Position numbers and translations under genes: made by a program. Below the pieces are notes generated by a model that was not told the DNA's origin, searched no databases, and saw only the letters and a list, made by a program, of their open reading frames with translations. Positions 24,292 to 37,572 of a stretch of 64,000 nucleotides of DNA are shown here, one piece after another. Source of the stretch: Octopus sinensis (lineage: Eukaryota); the NCBI RefSeq assembly GCF_006345805.1, contig NC_043008.1:45322001-45386000 (forward strand), given 5' to 3'. How positions within the stretch are numbered: the first letter of the stretch is position 1; each line of letters opens with the position of its first letter.

Positions 24292-24800
24292 TGGAGGGGC
24301 AATGGCCCAGTGGTTAGGGCAGCGGACTCGCAGTCGTAGGATCGCGGTTTCGATTCCCAGACCGGGCATTGTGAGTGTTTATTGAGCAAAAACACCTAAA
24401 GCTCCACGAGGCGCCGGTAGTGGGTGGTGGTGAACCCAGCTATATTCTTTCACCACAACTTTCTCTCACTTTTTCTTCCTGCTTCTGTTGTACCTATATT
24501 TCAAAGGGCCAGTCTTGTCACCCTCTGAGTCATGCTGAATATCCCCGAGAACTACGTTAAGGGTACACGTGTCTGTGGAGTGCTCAGTCACTTGCACGTT
24601 AATAAATGAGCTGCGACGTCACTGGTGCCAGGCTGTATCGGTCCCTTTACCTTTCCCTTGGATAAAACTGGTGGCGTGGAGAGGGGAGGCTGATATGCGT
24701 GGGCGACTGCTGGTCTTCCATGAACAAACTTGCCCAGACTTTGCGTCGGAGGGCAACCTTCTAGGTGTAATCCTATGGTCATTCATGACCGAAGGGGGTC
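24292..24800 (+). mobile_element. SINE family S2, full-length
   Basis: A box TGGCCCAGTGG, B box GTTTCGATTCCC. Homologous to 8232-8685. Confidence 0.88.
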
Positions 24801-26060
24801 AGAACAATTTTATAGATTGTAAACTGCCCGATGTTGATTTTGCTTCTTTCGCTCATGCCTCACTGTGGTTGTAGGTTACTTTCCTATAACGAGCAGAGTA
24901 AGTTTATGCTTCAGGAGTACACTCGAATCATCATAGCTGATGTCTGTTGAAATATAACAAATACAAACCAAGGGCCGGCGTAGCCACCATTTCTTCCAGC
25001 TGATACACACTGGATGTTCCTCTTGCACGTGAAGGCGGTGTCTTTGTCTAGTCCCGATTAAAACGTATAGTGGAAGCATGATGCTAGTTTGTCATAGTCG
25101 CTTGCGATTGACGGCTATCGGTTAGTATACGGATTATGTATGTGTGTTTGTGTGTGTATGTGTGTGTGTGGGGGGGGTGAGTATGTGCACGTATAAATTT
25201 ACAGATATTTATGTTTTTAAACTGTCAATTAGCTGTGCAAATGCTTTTATAAAATCATGTTGTATGTATATATATATAACATGCATGTATGTGTGTAAAT
25301 TTATATGTGCGCGTGTCTGTGAGCCTGCGCACGCATCTATGCAAGTATGTATAAAATTAGATACGTAGTTATAACGTGTGAGATATTGGCAGATATAAGT
25401 AAAGAGAGAGACAGAGAAAGACAAGGAAATTGAGAAAGAGATGGGGAGGGAGCAAGCAAAGGAAAAGAGAGTGATTAAAGGTTATTCAATAAGTCTATAT
25501 GTTGTCTTGGAAACACTATCAGAGTCAATAATTTAGCTTCAACTTAGCAACATGCCAAGTGTAAAGCGTATATTCTGCGAGTGGAAATACAGTTGACTAC
25601 TGTAAGCTATATTCTCTTCAATGTTTAATTCTAGCATGTGTGATTGTCAAAACACACACACACATACACATACACACACACACAGACAGAATAATTAAGA
25701 CTCAACTTAATTTGATTAGAATTAACATCATTTATTAGAAGGTTCGCATTAAGATAACAAGAAATGTTCATTGAAAAAGTTCTGCATTTGCGTTCCCTAA
25801 TTTAACTTGTTGCATGATTTAAAAATTTTACCGCCGCTTTAGCAGTGATAGCTTTAGTTGTAATATTCTCATGATACAAAATAGCTGCTAAACCAATAGG
25901 AAGGCTTCTAGTTCACAAATATTGGTTAATTCCTTTAGATATTCTGCAGTCGTTTAAGTTATTCTATCATATTACGATAATAAACCAAACGATGTGTAAC
26001 TACTCAAACATAATACTTGCACAATACCTCTACAGTTTTCTGTCCTGTTCTCCTTCTCTC

Positions 26061-26127
<67 letters not shown>

Positions 26128-26419
26128 CTGTGCGTGCGTATATATATATATAGGTGTGTGTATGTGTGAATGTGTGTACGTAAATGTTTAAAGGTTTGAT
26201 ATTGAGGAAAAAGAGGGAATTCAACATTTAAAAATAAAGAGCTTCTATTTTAATTTCTGTAGGAATTAAAGTTGACAATGACACAGCAATGACTTTCGAA
26301 ACTATTACAAAGTTGAGAGACGAAGAGTACAAAGGAAAGATTCTGAAGAAATTGATAAAATACAAAAAAAGGCTTTCAAAAAACCAAGAATTAAAAATGT
26401 TTTCATCATAGTTTATTTT

Positions 26420-26424
<5 letters not shown>

Positions 26425-26450
<26 letters not shown>

Positions 26451-26530
26451 GAAGTATTTATGAAATGTAAAAGCCGGACTGGACTATTTTATGCGCAACT
26501 CCATTGTCTCCCGAGACAAATAGGATGCCA

Positions 26531-26572
<42 letters not shown>

Positions 26573-26857
26573 ATATATACACCTATATATATATGTATAT
26601 ATATACCTATATATCTGTATATATATACCTATATATATATACACCTATATATATATGTATATATATACCTATATATCTGTATATACATACCTATATATCT
26701 GTATGTATATACCTATATATATATATGTATATACTTATATATATGTATATATATATATATATGCATATATATATATATATATATGCATATATATATTAAT
26801 ATACATATATATATACATATATATACTTATATATACATACACACATATACTTATATA
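26425..26857. repeat. (TA)-rich compound microsatellite
   Basis: Directly visible. Similar tracts at 29520-29875, 30337-30938, 31865-32019, 33028-33353, 33678-33963 and 40823-42060. Confidence 0.97.
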
Positions 26858-29519
26858 TGATTGATTGATTGATTGATTGATTGATTCTAGTTTCAGCTTA
26901 TGAGCTGTGGTCATGCTGGGGCACCGCCATTTGGTGTTGCTACTTGGTTTCACTTCATGGAGGCTTTCTAGTAACAGCTATTAGGTGCATGAGAGAGTTC
27001 GATGCAGCTGCCCTAATCTGCCCCTCCTGCCGTGAAGTTGGTTCATCTGGGACACCTGACAGGAAGAGATCCATTTTCATTTTAAAGACATCTGTATCCA
27101 CCCCATGCAGGTCTCTCAGGTTCACCGGGAGGATATTGAAGAGCTGTGGGCCTCGGAAGCCCAGGCTATCACAGAATCTTGTCCTACATCTTGATGGCAG
27201 GTTTGGAGTCCTAGGCACCACGCAGTGGCGCCCAGTTCTGGCATTTGCGTAACTCTCGATGCCAAAGTTCAGGACACTTCCCTCCAGGATCTTCCAGATG
27301 TATATTATGGCATATCTTTCCCGCCTACGCTCCAGGGAATATAATTTTAATCTCTTGAGTCTTTCCCAGTAGCTTACATTCTGCATAGAGGCTATCTTCT
27401 TCGTGTAGCTTCGTTGGATCGCCTCAAGTTCTGTGATCAACTTGACGCTGGACGGTGACCATAGCTGAGAGCAATAGTCAAAGTGACTTAGGACAAGTGT
27501 CTTCCAGAGGACCATCATGGTTTCTTGTTCTCTTGTTCTAAAGGTTCTAAGAATCCATCCAGCCAGCCGTCTGCATTTCATTGTCAGTTTAGCAACATGT
27601 ACATGAAAGGTCGCGTCATCACTCATGTGAATACCCAGGTCACGCACTGATTGTGCCTCTGGGATTGCAATCCCTCCGGGTCCAGTGTATTCCTTGGGTA
27701 TTGCATTCAGTTTTGCATGCTGATAGTATAAAGCTTGAAACTTTTCAGCATTGAACTGCATGCTATTCTTTTCAGCCCACTTGTATATTTCGTCCAGCTC
27801 ATATTGCAGGTGCCTAGTGTCTTCAGGGTTCTGTATTGCCTGTGAAACTTTTGTATCATCTGCATAACTTGTGATCGTGGCTCTCCGCGTGGCTGAGGGC
27901 ATGTCTGAGAGGGCCATTATGAACAGTAGTGGTCCCAAAACAGTGCCCTGTGGAACACCGCTCACTATTTGCGTGCTAATGGAAGTGGCCCCATTGGCTA
28001 CTACCACCTGACTTCTATTCTTCAGAAAGTCGTGAAGCCATTCTCCTAGTTTTCCAACTATGCCAAGATCACGCAGTTTGTGACATGTCATTCCATGATC
28101 GACTTTATCGAAGGCCTTTGCGAAGTCGAGATATATGACTTCCACATTTGAGTGGTTGAGCAGTTGTTTCAGCATCCAGTCATAGTGCTGCAGGAGCTGA
28201 GTTAAGCAGCTTCTTCCTGGTCGGAAACCATGTTGGGTGTCAGGCAGCAAGTCATTTTCTTCAAGGAAGGTGATTAGTTTCCTTCTGACTATTCGTTCCA
28301 TGACCTTGCTGATGTGTGAGGTCAGAGAGATAGGTCTGTAGTTCTTGGCCTCCGCTCTGCTACCTCCTCTATGAATAGGGCATATTTTACCTTCCTTCAG
28401 TTTTCTTGGAAGTTTGCCAGCTGCAAGGAAGCTCTGAAAGAGGAACTGCAGTGGTCTTGCTAAGACTCTCTTACATACTTTTAGGAGGATTGCCGGGAAT
28501 CCATCGGGGCCAATAGCTGAGTCTATTTTCATTTCATCTATAGCGTTTATTACATCGTCTTCCTTTATATCGATGTAATTTATCGTCGCCGCCTCTGATT
28601 CTATATCTGCAGTGGTAAAGAAGTCAGTTGGATTGCTGATTTGGAAATGCCCAAGGGGTGGAGTGAAAACACTCTTGAATTGTTCATTCAGTATTTCACT
28701 TACCCTCATTGGTTTTCCTGTGAGTGTGCCATCCGTTTCAAGGAGTGGCCCTATCCTACAGTGCACCGTAGCTGTTTCTTTGGCATACCTGTAGAAAGCT
28801 CTGGGGTTAGTTTTTATGTTGTCTATATCCCAGCCTTCTTTGTCTGCTCTTTCCTTCTCATGGGAGAGTTGCAGACAATTTTCAATTTCTAACAGTTTTA
28901 TTTTCAGGCGGGACTTTTCACTGCTATCAATTTGTTTGTTTAGGCGATTTGAAATTTTTGTACGGCGTCTCATTAAAATTTTTCTCTCTCTGGAGATTTT
29001 GTTCTTGTGTACAGTGGCCTTTCTCTCTGGGACACATTTGTAGCATATGGCTTGCATTACAGACATGAATTGTTGAAGTATCATGTCGATGTCCGGCGAG
29101 GAGAGACATTCAGGCCAGTTTTGTTTGAGGATCTCTTTCTCAATTTGTTTCCAGTTTGCCTTCTTGAAGTTCAAGCTGGAAAGATTCTGAGGGTTTCTTG
29201 TAGGCTGCATGTCCGTGCTCTCTTTTGGCCCGTACATGGTCAGCTCTACCATGTTGTGATCCGAGAGTAGTGTCGGTGTCACTTTCACATTATGGATGAG
29301 ATCTATATTATTTGTGAAGCAGAGATCCAGTGTGTTACCCGCTCTGGTTGGTTGGAGTATTACTTGCTCCATGTACAGGGTGTTGGTGAGGTTCAGGAGG
29401 GACCTCGCCTGTCCTCGTTCACATCTTGTCATTCCTGGGAGAGAAAGGCCCTCGGGCCATCTGACATTCGGTAGATTGAAGTCTCCCATGAGAAGTACAC
29501 TTATGTGTTGTTCTAATGT
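26858..29519 (-). mobile_element. CR1-group LINE family A, 5'-truncated, with (AATC)n tail
   Basis: Open ORF2, short 3' UTR with hairpin, (TGAT)n at 26858-26886 on the plus strand. (TA)n on both sides. Confidence 0.92.
26955..29519 (-). CDS. LINE ORF2 (end of APE endonuclease + complete reverse transcriptase + C-terminal domain), 854 uninterrupted codons, no native start
   Basis: GDFN, DLCFT, SDH (APE); [45 protein letters not shown] (RT); [11 protein letters not shown]. The first ~44 aa of the listed ORF are microsatellite read-through. Confidence 0.93.
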   Translation of the reverse strand, partial: TLEQHISVLLMGDFNLPNVRWPEGLSLPGMTRCERGQARSLLNLTNTLYMEQVILQPTRAGNTLDLCFTNNIDLIHNVKVTPTLLSDHNMVELTMYGPKESTDMQPTRNPQNLSSLNFKKANWKQIEKEILKQNWPECLSSPDIDMILQQFMSVMQAICYKCVPERKATVHKNKISRERKILMRRRTKISNRLNKQIDSSEKSRLKIKLLEIENCLQLSHEKERADKEGWDIDNIKTNPRAFYRYAKETATVHCRIGPLLETDGTLTGKPMRVSEILNEQFKSVFTPPLGHFQISNPTDFFTTADIESEAATINYIDIKEDDVINAIDEMKIDSAIGPDGFPAILLKVCKRVLARPLQFLFQSFLAAGKLPRKLKEGKICPIHRGGSRAEAKNYRPISLTSHISKVMERIVRRKLITFLEENDLLPDTQHGFRPGRSCLTQLLQHYDWMLKQLLNHSNVEVIYLDFAKAFDKVDHGMTCHKLRDLGIVGKLGEWLHDFLKNRSQVVVANGATSISTQIVSGVPQGTVLGPLLFIMALSDMPSATRRATITSYADDTKVSQAIQNPEDTRHLQYELDEIYKWAEKNSMQFNAEKFQALYYQHAKLNAIPKEYTGPGGIAIPEAQSVRDLGIHMSDDATFHVHVAKLTMKCRRLAGWILRTFRTREQETMMVLWKTLVLSHFDYCSQLWSPSSVKLITELEAIQRSYTKKIASMQNVSYWERLKRLKLYSLERRRERYAIIYIWKILEGSVLNFGIESYANARTGRHCVVPRTPNLPSRCRTRFCDSLGFRGPQLFNILPVNLRDLHGVDTDVFKMKMDLFLSGVPDEPTSRQEGQIRAAASNSLMHLIAVTRKPP

Positions 29520-29771
29520 ATATATATATATATATATGCATATATATATGCATATATATACATATATATATACACACATATATATACATATATACATATA
29601 TATATAAATATATTCATATATATACATATATATATATACATATGTATACACATATAAATATATTCATATATATACATATAAATATATTCATATATATACA
29701 TATAAATATATTCATATATATATACATATATATACATATAAATATATTCATATATATATACATATATATAC

Positions 29772-29814
<43 letters not shown>

Positions 29815-29874
29815 TATATACATATACTTATATATATACATATACTTATATATATATATATATATACTTATATA

Positions 29875-30336
29875 TTATGTGAAATAGAAAGATGAATAAT
29901 CTTGTAGTAGATTAATCAAAAGTTTAACCGATACCTTAGTAGCAAAAATCACAGCAGTAAACAGCACGGTTGGAGGTACAACCATCTGGCGTTGCAACCG
30001 TGCGTTGGTGCGGATAATTGAAATTAAAACATTATTGGTGAATTGAAGAAATGGAGCTGAACGCAGATTGAACAGAAATCGTTTTATTTCATTCTACACG
30101 TGTTTCGAAAGGCACAAATTACCGAAATCCGATTGAATAATGGGACCATATTGTGTCTTTCTCTTCAGGAAGAAAAAAGGAAATCCGTTGGAAAAACAAA
30201 AACAGAACAGAGGCGGAGCAAAAAACAAATCGAACTGTGCTCCTAAGAGCCCATGGCGAAACACGTGTAGAATGAAATAAAACGATTTCTGTTCAATCTG
30301 CGTTCAGCTCCATTTCTTCAATTCACCAATAATGTT
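29875..30336 (-). mobile_element. Penelope-like terminal-repeat remnant, copy 1, with 80-nt inverted tail
   Basis: 29875-30262 is nearly identical to 30938-31329. 30257-30336 is the reverse complement of 30028-30107. Contains a hammerhead motif. Confidence 0.7.
30092..30171 (-). ncRNA. Candidate minimal type I hammerhead ribozyme HH3
   Basis: UUC CUGAAGA GAAAGACACAA ... UUGUGCCUUUC GAAA CACGUG UA^ GAA. 11-bp stem II with one mismatch, palindromic stem III ACACGUGU. Confidence 0.8.
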
Positions 30337-30398
30337 ATATACTTATATATATATATATACATATATATTACATATATACATACATATATATATATACT

Positions 30399-30454
<56 letters not shown>

Positions 30455-30458
30455 ATAC

Positions 30459-30489
<31 letters not shown>

Positions 30490-30872
30490 CATATACATAT
30501 ATATAACATATATATATATATATATATAATATATACATATATATACAATATATATACATATATATACATATATATATACATATATATATTATATATATAT
30601 AATACATATATATATATACATATATATATATACATATATATATACATATATATTATACATATATATATATACATATATATATACATATATATATATACAT
30701 ATATAATATATACATATATATATATATACACATATATATATATACACATATATATATACATATATATATATATATACATATATATATATTACATATATAT
30801 ATATATACATATATATATATCTACATATTATATATATATACATATATATATATATACATATATATATATTAC

Positions 30873-30905
<33 letters not shown>

Positions 30906-30937
30906 CATATATTATTATATTATATATATATATATAT

Positions 30938-31860
30938 ATTATGTGAAATAGAAAGATGAATAATCTTGTAGTAGATTAATCAAAAGTTTAACCGATACCT
31001 TAGTAGCAAAAATCACAGCAGTGAACAGCACGGTTGGAGGTACAACCATCTGGCGTTGCAACCGTGCGTTGGTGCGGATAATTGAAATTAAAACATTATT
31101 GGTGAATTGAAGAAATGGAGCTGAACGCAGATTGAACAGAAATCGTTTTATTTCATTCTACACGTGTTTCGATCGAAAGGCACAAATTACCAAAATCCGA
31201 TTGAATAATGGGACCATATTGTGTTTCTCTCTTCAGAAGAAAAAAGGAAATCCGTTGGAAAAACAAAAACAGAACAGAGGCAGAGCAAAAAACAAATCGA
31301 ACTGTGCTCCTAAGAGCCCATGGCGAAACTGTTTATCAGTGTATGTTGAGAACCGGTGGCTGAAGAATTCAACAGGTCAGGCATCGGTCAATCATGTGGG
31401 TGAGGGTGTATATATGTTCTTTGTGACCGAGAATAAAGTTCTGACTATTTAAAGAATATTGGATGTTTTATAAGGGGCGAGAAAAAATCTACTTAGAGAC
31501 GTGTGTGTGTGTGTACTGTTCTATATATGTGTGTGTTGGGGTAGGGGTAGAAAACATTTTTGTGTACGTGTCTGCGTTTGATCGTTCGGCTGTCAGTGGC
31601 TACTGCCGTGATACCGTTGGGTGGCAGAAAGAAAAAAAATAAAGAAATTATATATATATATTATTTTTTATGTGTGTGTGTGAGTGTTCATCTAAGCCTG
31701 CCTTGACAAGAAACCCCCCGCTGTGAAAAAACAAGCCCCGTTTGTCTTACAGGAGTAATTTCCCTTGCAGTGGTTAATTGTAGATATCTTAAAAGCTATT
31801 TCAGAATTTGTTACCAAGGGCTATGGGTGCCGGTCTTATTTATAAACGCTATTTAAAGGC
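30938..31860 (-). mobile_element. Penelope-like terminal-repeat remnant, copy 2, with unique extension
   Basis: Direct repeat of copy 1 at ~1064 bp offset. Second HH3 at 31156-31240 (4-nt insertion before GAAA, 1-nt loss at stem I). Confidence 0.6.
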
Positions 31861-31907
31861 CAGATACATATATATATATACATATATATATATACATATA
31901 TATATAC

Positions 31908-31942
<35 letters not shown>

Positions 31943-32019
31943 CACATATATATATATATACATATATATACATATATATATATATACATATATATATACA
32001 TATATATATACATATATAT

Positions 32020-33024
32020 GTGAGATCTCGAATAACCCAATTTCTGGAAAGCAACAGACGGCTGATCTCCAACCAACATGGGTTCCGTAATGGAAGGGAC
32101 TGCCTAACGCAGCTCCTGCATCACTTTGAGGACATTTTGAGAGCTTTGGGAGAGGGCTCCAACACCGATGTCATCTACCTTGATTTCAGTAAGGCCTTCG
32201 ACAGGGTCGATCACAAGATCCTATTGAAAAAACTATCCAACATCGCGGCGTCCAACAACATCAGAGACTTGGGAGTAATTGTGGACAACAACGTAAGCTG
32301 GGCCACTCATATAAACACCAAAGTTGACATGGCCCGCCAAATGTGTTCCTGGATTCTCAGAACTTTCCAGTCGAGAGATATCCACACCATTATCCTTCTC
32401 TTCTCCACTTTTCCGACCCCCACCTTGAATACTGTTGTCCACTGTGGTCTCCCCACACAATACAAGGTATCATAAAAGTTGAAGCACCTCAAAGGGCAAT
32501 CACAAAAAGATAGATGGCATGACAGCCTCGACTATTGGGGTCGACTAGAAAAGCTAAAACTCTATTCTCTCCCTCCAACGTCGTCGTGAGCGCTACATCA
32601 TCTGCATGATGTGGAAAATATTCCATCAGCATTGCCCAAATGATGTTGGCATCACCTTTAAGGTACATCCAAGGCTTGGGCCCCGTGCCATCCGCCCAAA
32701 ACAAAAATCGCACTCCCATCTCATAACAACAATACGGCACAATTATTTCACCTCAATTGGCCCCGCTCTCTTTAACATTACAAGAAAACACATTAAAACA
32801 GAAACTGACCCTATAGGGTTCAAGAAGTCTTTGGACAGATTCCTTCAAGAAATCCCGGATAAACCCCCTACACCCGGATATGTCTCTGTAAACAATAACT
32901 CTCTACTTGAGTGGGCCATAGTGCCCAAATTCTGACTTGAAAGACTTCACCAGGTGGTGCTATTAAGTTAGACATGGCCTGGGCCAATAATGGCCGAAAC
33001 CTATCAAAGTATCAAAGTATCAAA

Positions 33025-33028
<4 letters not shown>
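32020..33028 (+). mobile_element. CR1-group LINE family C, 5'-truncated, ~400-bp internal deletion, (AAAGTATC)n tail
   Basis: RT motifs [11 protein letters not shown] and YLDFSKAFD are fused directly to post-[13 protein letters not shown] at 32243/32244. Near-identical to 33964-37472. Confidence 0.9.
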
Positions 33029-33057
<29 letters not shown>

Positions 33058-33079
33058 CATATATATATATACATACATA

Positions 33080-33111
<32 letters not shown>

Positions 33112-33218
33112 CATATATATACATACATACATATATATACATACATACATATATATACATACATACATATATATACATACATATATACATACATACATAT
33201 ATATACATACATACATAA

Positions 33219-33254
<36 letters not shown>

Positions 33255-33314
33255 ATACATACATATATATATATACATACATATATATATATATACATAC
33301 ATATATATATATAC

Positions 33315-33345
<31 letters not shown>

Positions 33346-33353
33346 CATATATA

Positions 33354-33677
33354 TACTTTGATACATACTTGATAGGTTTCGGCCATTATTGGCCCAGGCC
33401 ATGTCTAACTTAATAGCACCACCTGGTGAAGTCTTTCAAGTCAGATTTGGGCACTATGGCCCACTCAAGTAGAGAGTTATTGTTTACAGAGACATCCGGG
33501 TGTAGGGGGTTTATCCGGATTTCTTGAAGGAATCTGTCCAAAGACTTCTTGAACCCTATAGGGTCAGTTTCTGTTTTAATGTGTTTTGGTGTAATGTTAA
33601 AGAGAGCGGGGCCAATTGAGGTGAAATAATTGTGCCGTATTGTTGTTATGAGATGAGAGTGCGATTTTTGTTTTGGG
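33354..33677 (-). mobile_element. CR1-group LINE family C, short 3' end
   Basis: Reverse complement of ~32698-33028 with a few small indels. (TA)n on both sides. Confidence 0.9.
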
Positions 33678-33716
<39 letters not shown>

Positions 33717-33737
33717 CATACATATATAATATACATA

Positions 33738-33769
<32 letters not shown>

Positions 33770-33887
33770 CACATTATATTATTACATATATATATATATA
33801 TATATATACAATATATATATCATATATATATATATATACAATATATATATATTATATCTATATATATACATATATATATATATATAA

Positions 33888-33918
<31 letters not shown>

Positions 33919-33963
33919 CCATATATATATATAATATATTCTATATATACATATATATATATA

Positions 33964-36900
33964 TACTTTGATACTTTGATACTTTGATAGGTTTCGGCCA
34001 TTATTGGCCCAGGCCATGTCTAACTTAATAGCACCACACTGTGTGAAGTCTTTCAAGTCAGAATTTGGGCACTATGGCCACTCAAGTAGAGATTTATTGT
34101 TTACAGAGACATATCCGTGTGTAAGGGTTTATCCGGATTTCTTGAAGGAATCTGTCCAAAGACCTCTTGAACCCTATAGGGTCAGTTTCTGTTTTAATGT
34201 GTTTTGGTGTAATGTTAAGAGGGGCGGGGCCAATTGAGGTGAAATAATTGTGCCGTATTGTTGTTATGAGATGAGAGTGCGATTTTTGTTTTGGGCGGAT
34301 GGCACGGGGCCCAAGCCTGGATGTACCTTGAAGGTGATGCCAACATCATTGGGCAATGCTGATGGAATATTTTCCACATCATGCAGATGATGTAGCGCTC
34401 ACGACGACGTTGGAGAGAATAGAGTTTTAGCTTTTCTAGTCGACCCCAATAGTCGAGGCCTGTCATGCCATCTATCTTTTTGTGGATTGCCCTTTGAGGT
34501 GCTTCAACTTTTATGATACCTTGTATTGTGTGGGGAGACCACAGTGGACAACAGTATTCAAGGTGGGGTCGGGCAAAAGTGGAGAAGAGAAGGATAATGG
34601 TGTGGATCTCTCTCGACTGGAAAGTTCTGAGAATCCAGGAACACATTCTGCGGGCCATGTCAACTTTGGTGTTTTATATGAGTGGCCCAGCTTACGTTGT
34701 TGTCCACAATTACTCCCAAGTCTCTGATGTTGTTGGACGCCGCGAGAGTTTCACCTGAAGGAAGGGAGTATGGGAGTTTCAGGGCATCCTCTTTTCCAAA
34801 GTGGATTAGCTCAAATTTATCCTCGTTCAGCAGCCTATTGTTTTTTTCTGCCCATTGGATAACAGCCAGTAGATCTGACTGAGGCATGTCCGGTCACTCG
34901 CCTCATTTATGACCTTCTGTAGCTTGGAGTCATCTGCAAAGATTTTTATGTTGCTGTGCTTGATGATGTCATTAATGTCATTATGTAAATGATAAAGAAG
35001 TGGGCCCAGCACAGTGCCTTGCGGAACGCCACTACTGACTTTGGCTGGGCTTGATTTTACCCCCTTCAACTACAACATGTTGAGATCTGTCTGTCAGGAA
35101 ACACTTGATCCATTTCAGTAACTTTCCAGAGACACCAATGTTAGATAGTTTTTTTCAATAGGATCTTGTGATCGACCCTGTCGAAGGCCTTACTGAAATC
35201 AAGTAGATGACATCGGTGTTGGAGCCCTCTCCCAAGCTCTCAAAATGTCCTCAAAGTGATGCAGGAGCTGCGTTAGGCAGTCCCTTCCATTACGGAACCC
35301 ATGTTGGTTGGAGATCAGCCGTCTGTTGCTTTCCAGAAATTGGGTTATTCGAGATCTCACCACCCTCTCAAATACCTTGATGATATGAGAGGTGAGTGAG
35401 ATCGGACGGTAATTCACTGCAAGGGACTTGTTTCCCTTTTTTCGAAAACTGGGACAACAGACTGGGACAGAAGGTTTTTGGAATATAGCCAGCATCCAGT
35501 GAGTTTCTCCACAGATTAGCAAGGGGAGATGCAAGTTGGTGTCGACACACCTTCAGGACACAAGCAGGGAACCTATCGGGGCCTACTGCTGAATTGTGTT
35601 TTATTTCGTTTATCGCCGCTAAGACATCAGGGGCACTAAACGTTATGTCCGATATAGTGTGTTGGGGGTTGACATCACTGATACAGCCCAGATCGGCCAT
35701 ATCAGAATTGCTGAAACAGAGCAGTATTGTTTTTGCAGTATCTCGGCCATGGATTTGGCATTATCTTGGAGAGTGCCAGTTTCGTCAATTAGAGGGCCTA
35801 CAGTGGAGACAGTGACCTCTGCGTTTCCTCGCAAATGAAAAGAACACTTTGGGGTTGAGTTTGATTTTTTCAATGGCCCACTTCTCCTCAGCTGATCTTT
35901 GGTTATTGATGAGGGTCTTCATGCATTGTTGGAGGTTATATTTTTTAGATTCAAGCAGTGCGATAGCCGTCGAATGTGTGGTTGCTGTTGGCAGTACTTT
36001 AGTTTGTTAATTTTTTTGTTTGTTCTTTTTATTTTTCTGATAATGGTTTTTCTGTTTTGGGGGATTCTGCACTTTTTGTTCACAGGTCTTGGTGGGGAGT
36101 GTTTTGCACATATGTCTGTGACGGTGTCTACAAAGATCTGCCAAGATGTTTTATTGTTGGTGGAGATGTGTGTATGTGTAAAGGACCAGTCAACATGTGA
36201 TAGCTCGTTCCTGATTGCATCCCATGCATTATGGAGATCCATGTTGTCAAATGGGTGGGCTGGAGGAAGGTCACTAGGATTAGCTTTCGGCTGGTGGAAT
36301 TTCATGTTACAGAGAACCATGTCATGGTCTGAAAGAAGGGTTTTTTCCACTGTAACGTTATGTATAGTGTTAGTGTGGTTACTAAACACTAGGTCCAAAA
36401 TGTTCTGATGTCTTGTTGGTGCAAGGACAAGTTGGGACAAGAAAAACTCATTCGTAAAGTCGAAAAGTGACTCTGCTGCTTCTTTGTCAGCGGTTGAGGC
36501 GGGAGTGCTTGGTTTCAAACAGTTTGTAGTCCAGTCAACACAGGTAGATTGAAGTCTCCCATCATGAGTATGTTGCTAGAATGGCACTGTTGATAAAAGC
36601 ACTTAATGCTGTTGAGGCATTCTTTAAAGCACAGTATGGTGTTTGGGGCGGCCTATAGAGCCCAATTACTGTCAGGTCAGTGGCTTTGTTGTGCACGGTG
36701 ACTGATTCACAGTAGCCGTTGGAGAATATACTATTTTCCATCTGTCGTAATAATCATGCAGGAAAATGGCAGTTCCCCCCTTCCTCCTGCCGATACGATC
36801 CGCGCGGATGGTTGTGAAATTCTTCACTCTCACTTCGGCTTCCAAGTGGGAGTTGTCAAGGTGGTCTCAGTGAGATGAAGAAAGGGAGTTGGTGTGAATG

Positions 36901-37472
36901 GTTACCAACCCAGTCTTCAATGAATTGACCTTCCACTTTTGTGCATTGATGGAAGGGCTGACACCTTGTGCATTGAGTAGGAATGTGGAGTTAGTGTAGT
37001 GGCTGGTTTTGACTGTGCAGGGGGCTTGGATTTTTTGTGTGTGTTAGTGGCAGCAATGTGGGGAATTGGTGCACTGGGGTAATAGCATAGGATGGTGTTG
37101 AGTGATGGCTAGAATGTTTTTGTGTATCTCTTTTGCCATGTTCAACATGGCTAAAAAAGAATTTTCCTGCTTAGGAAGCAGTTTTTGGCTGGAGGTGTGG
37201 TTGCACTGTTGGATAGGGTTGTAGTTTCCACTTTTGTTGTTGTTGTTTTTGTGTCTTCCTGAAAAACTGACCAGCATTACTGCAGCATGATGTGTTTCTA
37301 TTTTTATTTTTATTCAGGTTTGTGTGTTGGCTTGAAGCCCCGTTTCTGTTTGTGCGTCGGGTCCCTGGAAGATGAGTGAAGGGACAGTCACTCAGTAGAC
37401 ATGTTCTCTCACGTTGGGAATACCGGCAGATTTGGGACCCGAGTTGTGTGTATTTGAATTTTGATTTACTAT
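33964..37472 (-). mobile_element. CR1-group LINE family C, long copy (CCCH finger, APE, RT, 3' tail), many single-base frameshifts, 5' end in gap
   Basis: ICRYSQRERTCLLSDCPFTH near 37380-37435; APE motifs IRADRIGRRKGG, NILDLVFS, LSDH; [25 protein letters not shown]; LYSLQRRRERY. Confidence 0.88.
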
Positions 37473-37572
37473 NNNNNNNNNNNNNNNNNNNNNNNNNNNN
37501 NNNNNNNNNNNNNNNNNNNNNNNNNNNNNNNNNNNNNNNNNNNNNNNNNNNNNNNNNNNNNNNNNNNNNNNN
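37473..37572. other. Assembly gap (100 N)
   Basis: Run of N. Confidence 1.
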
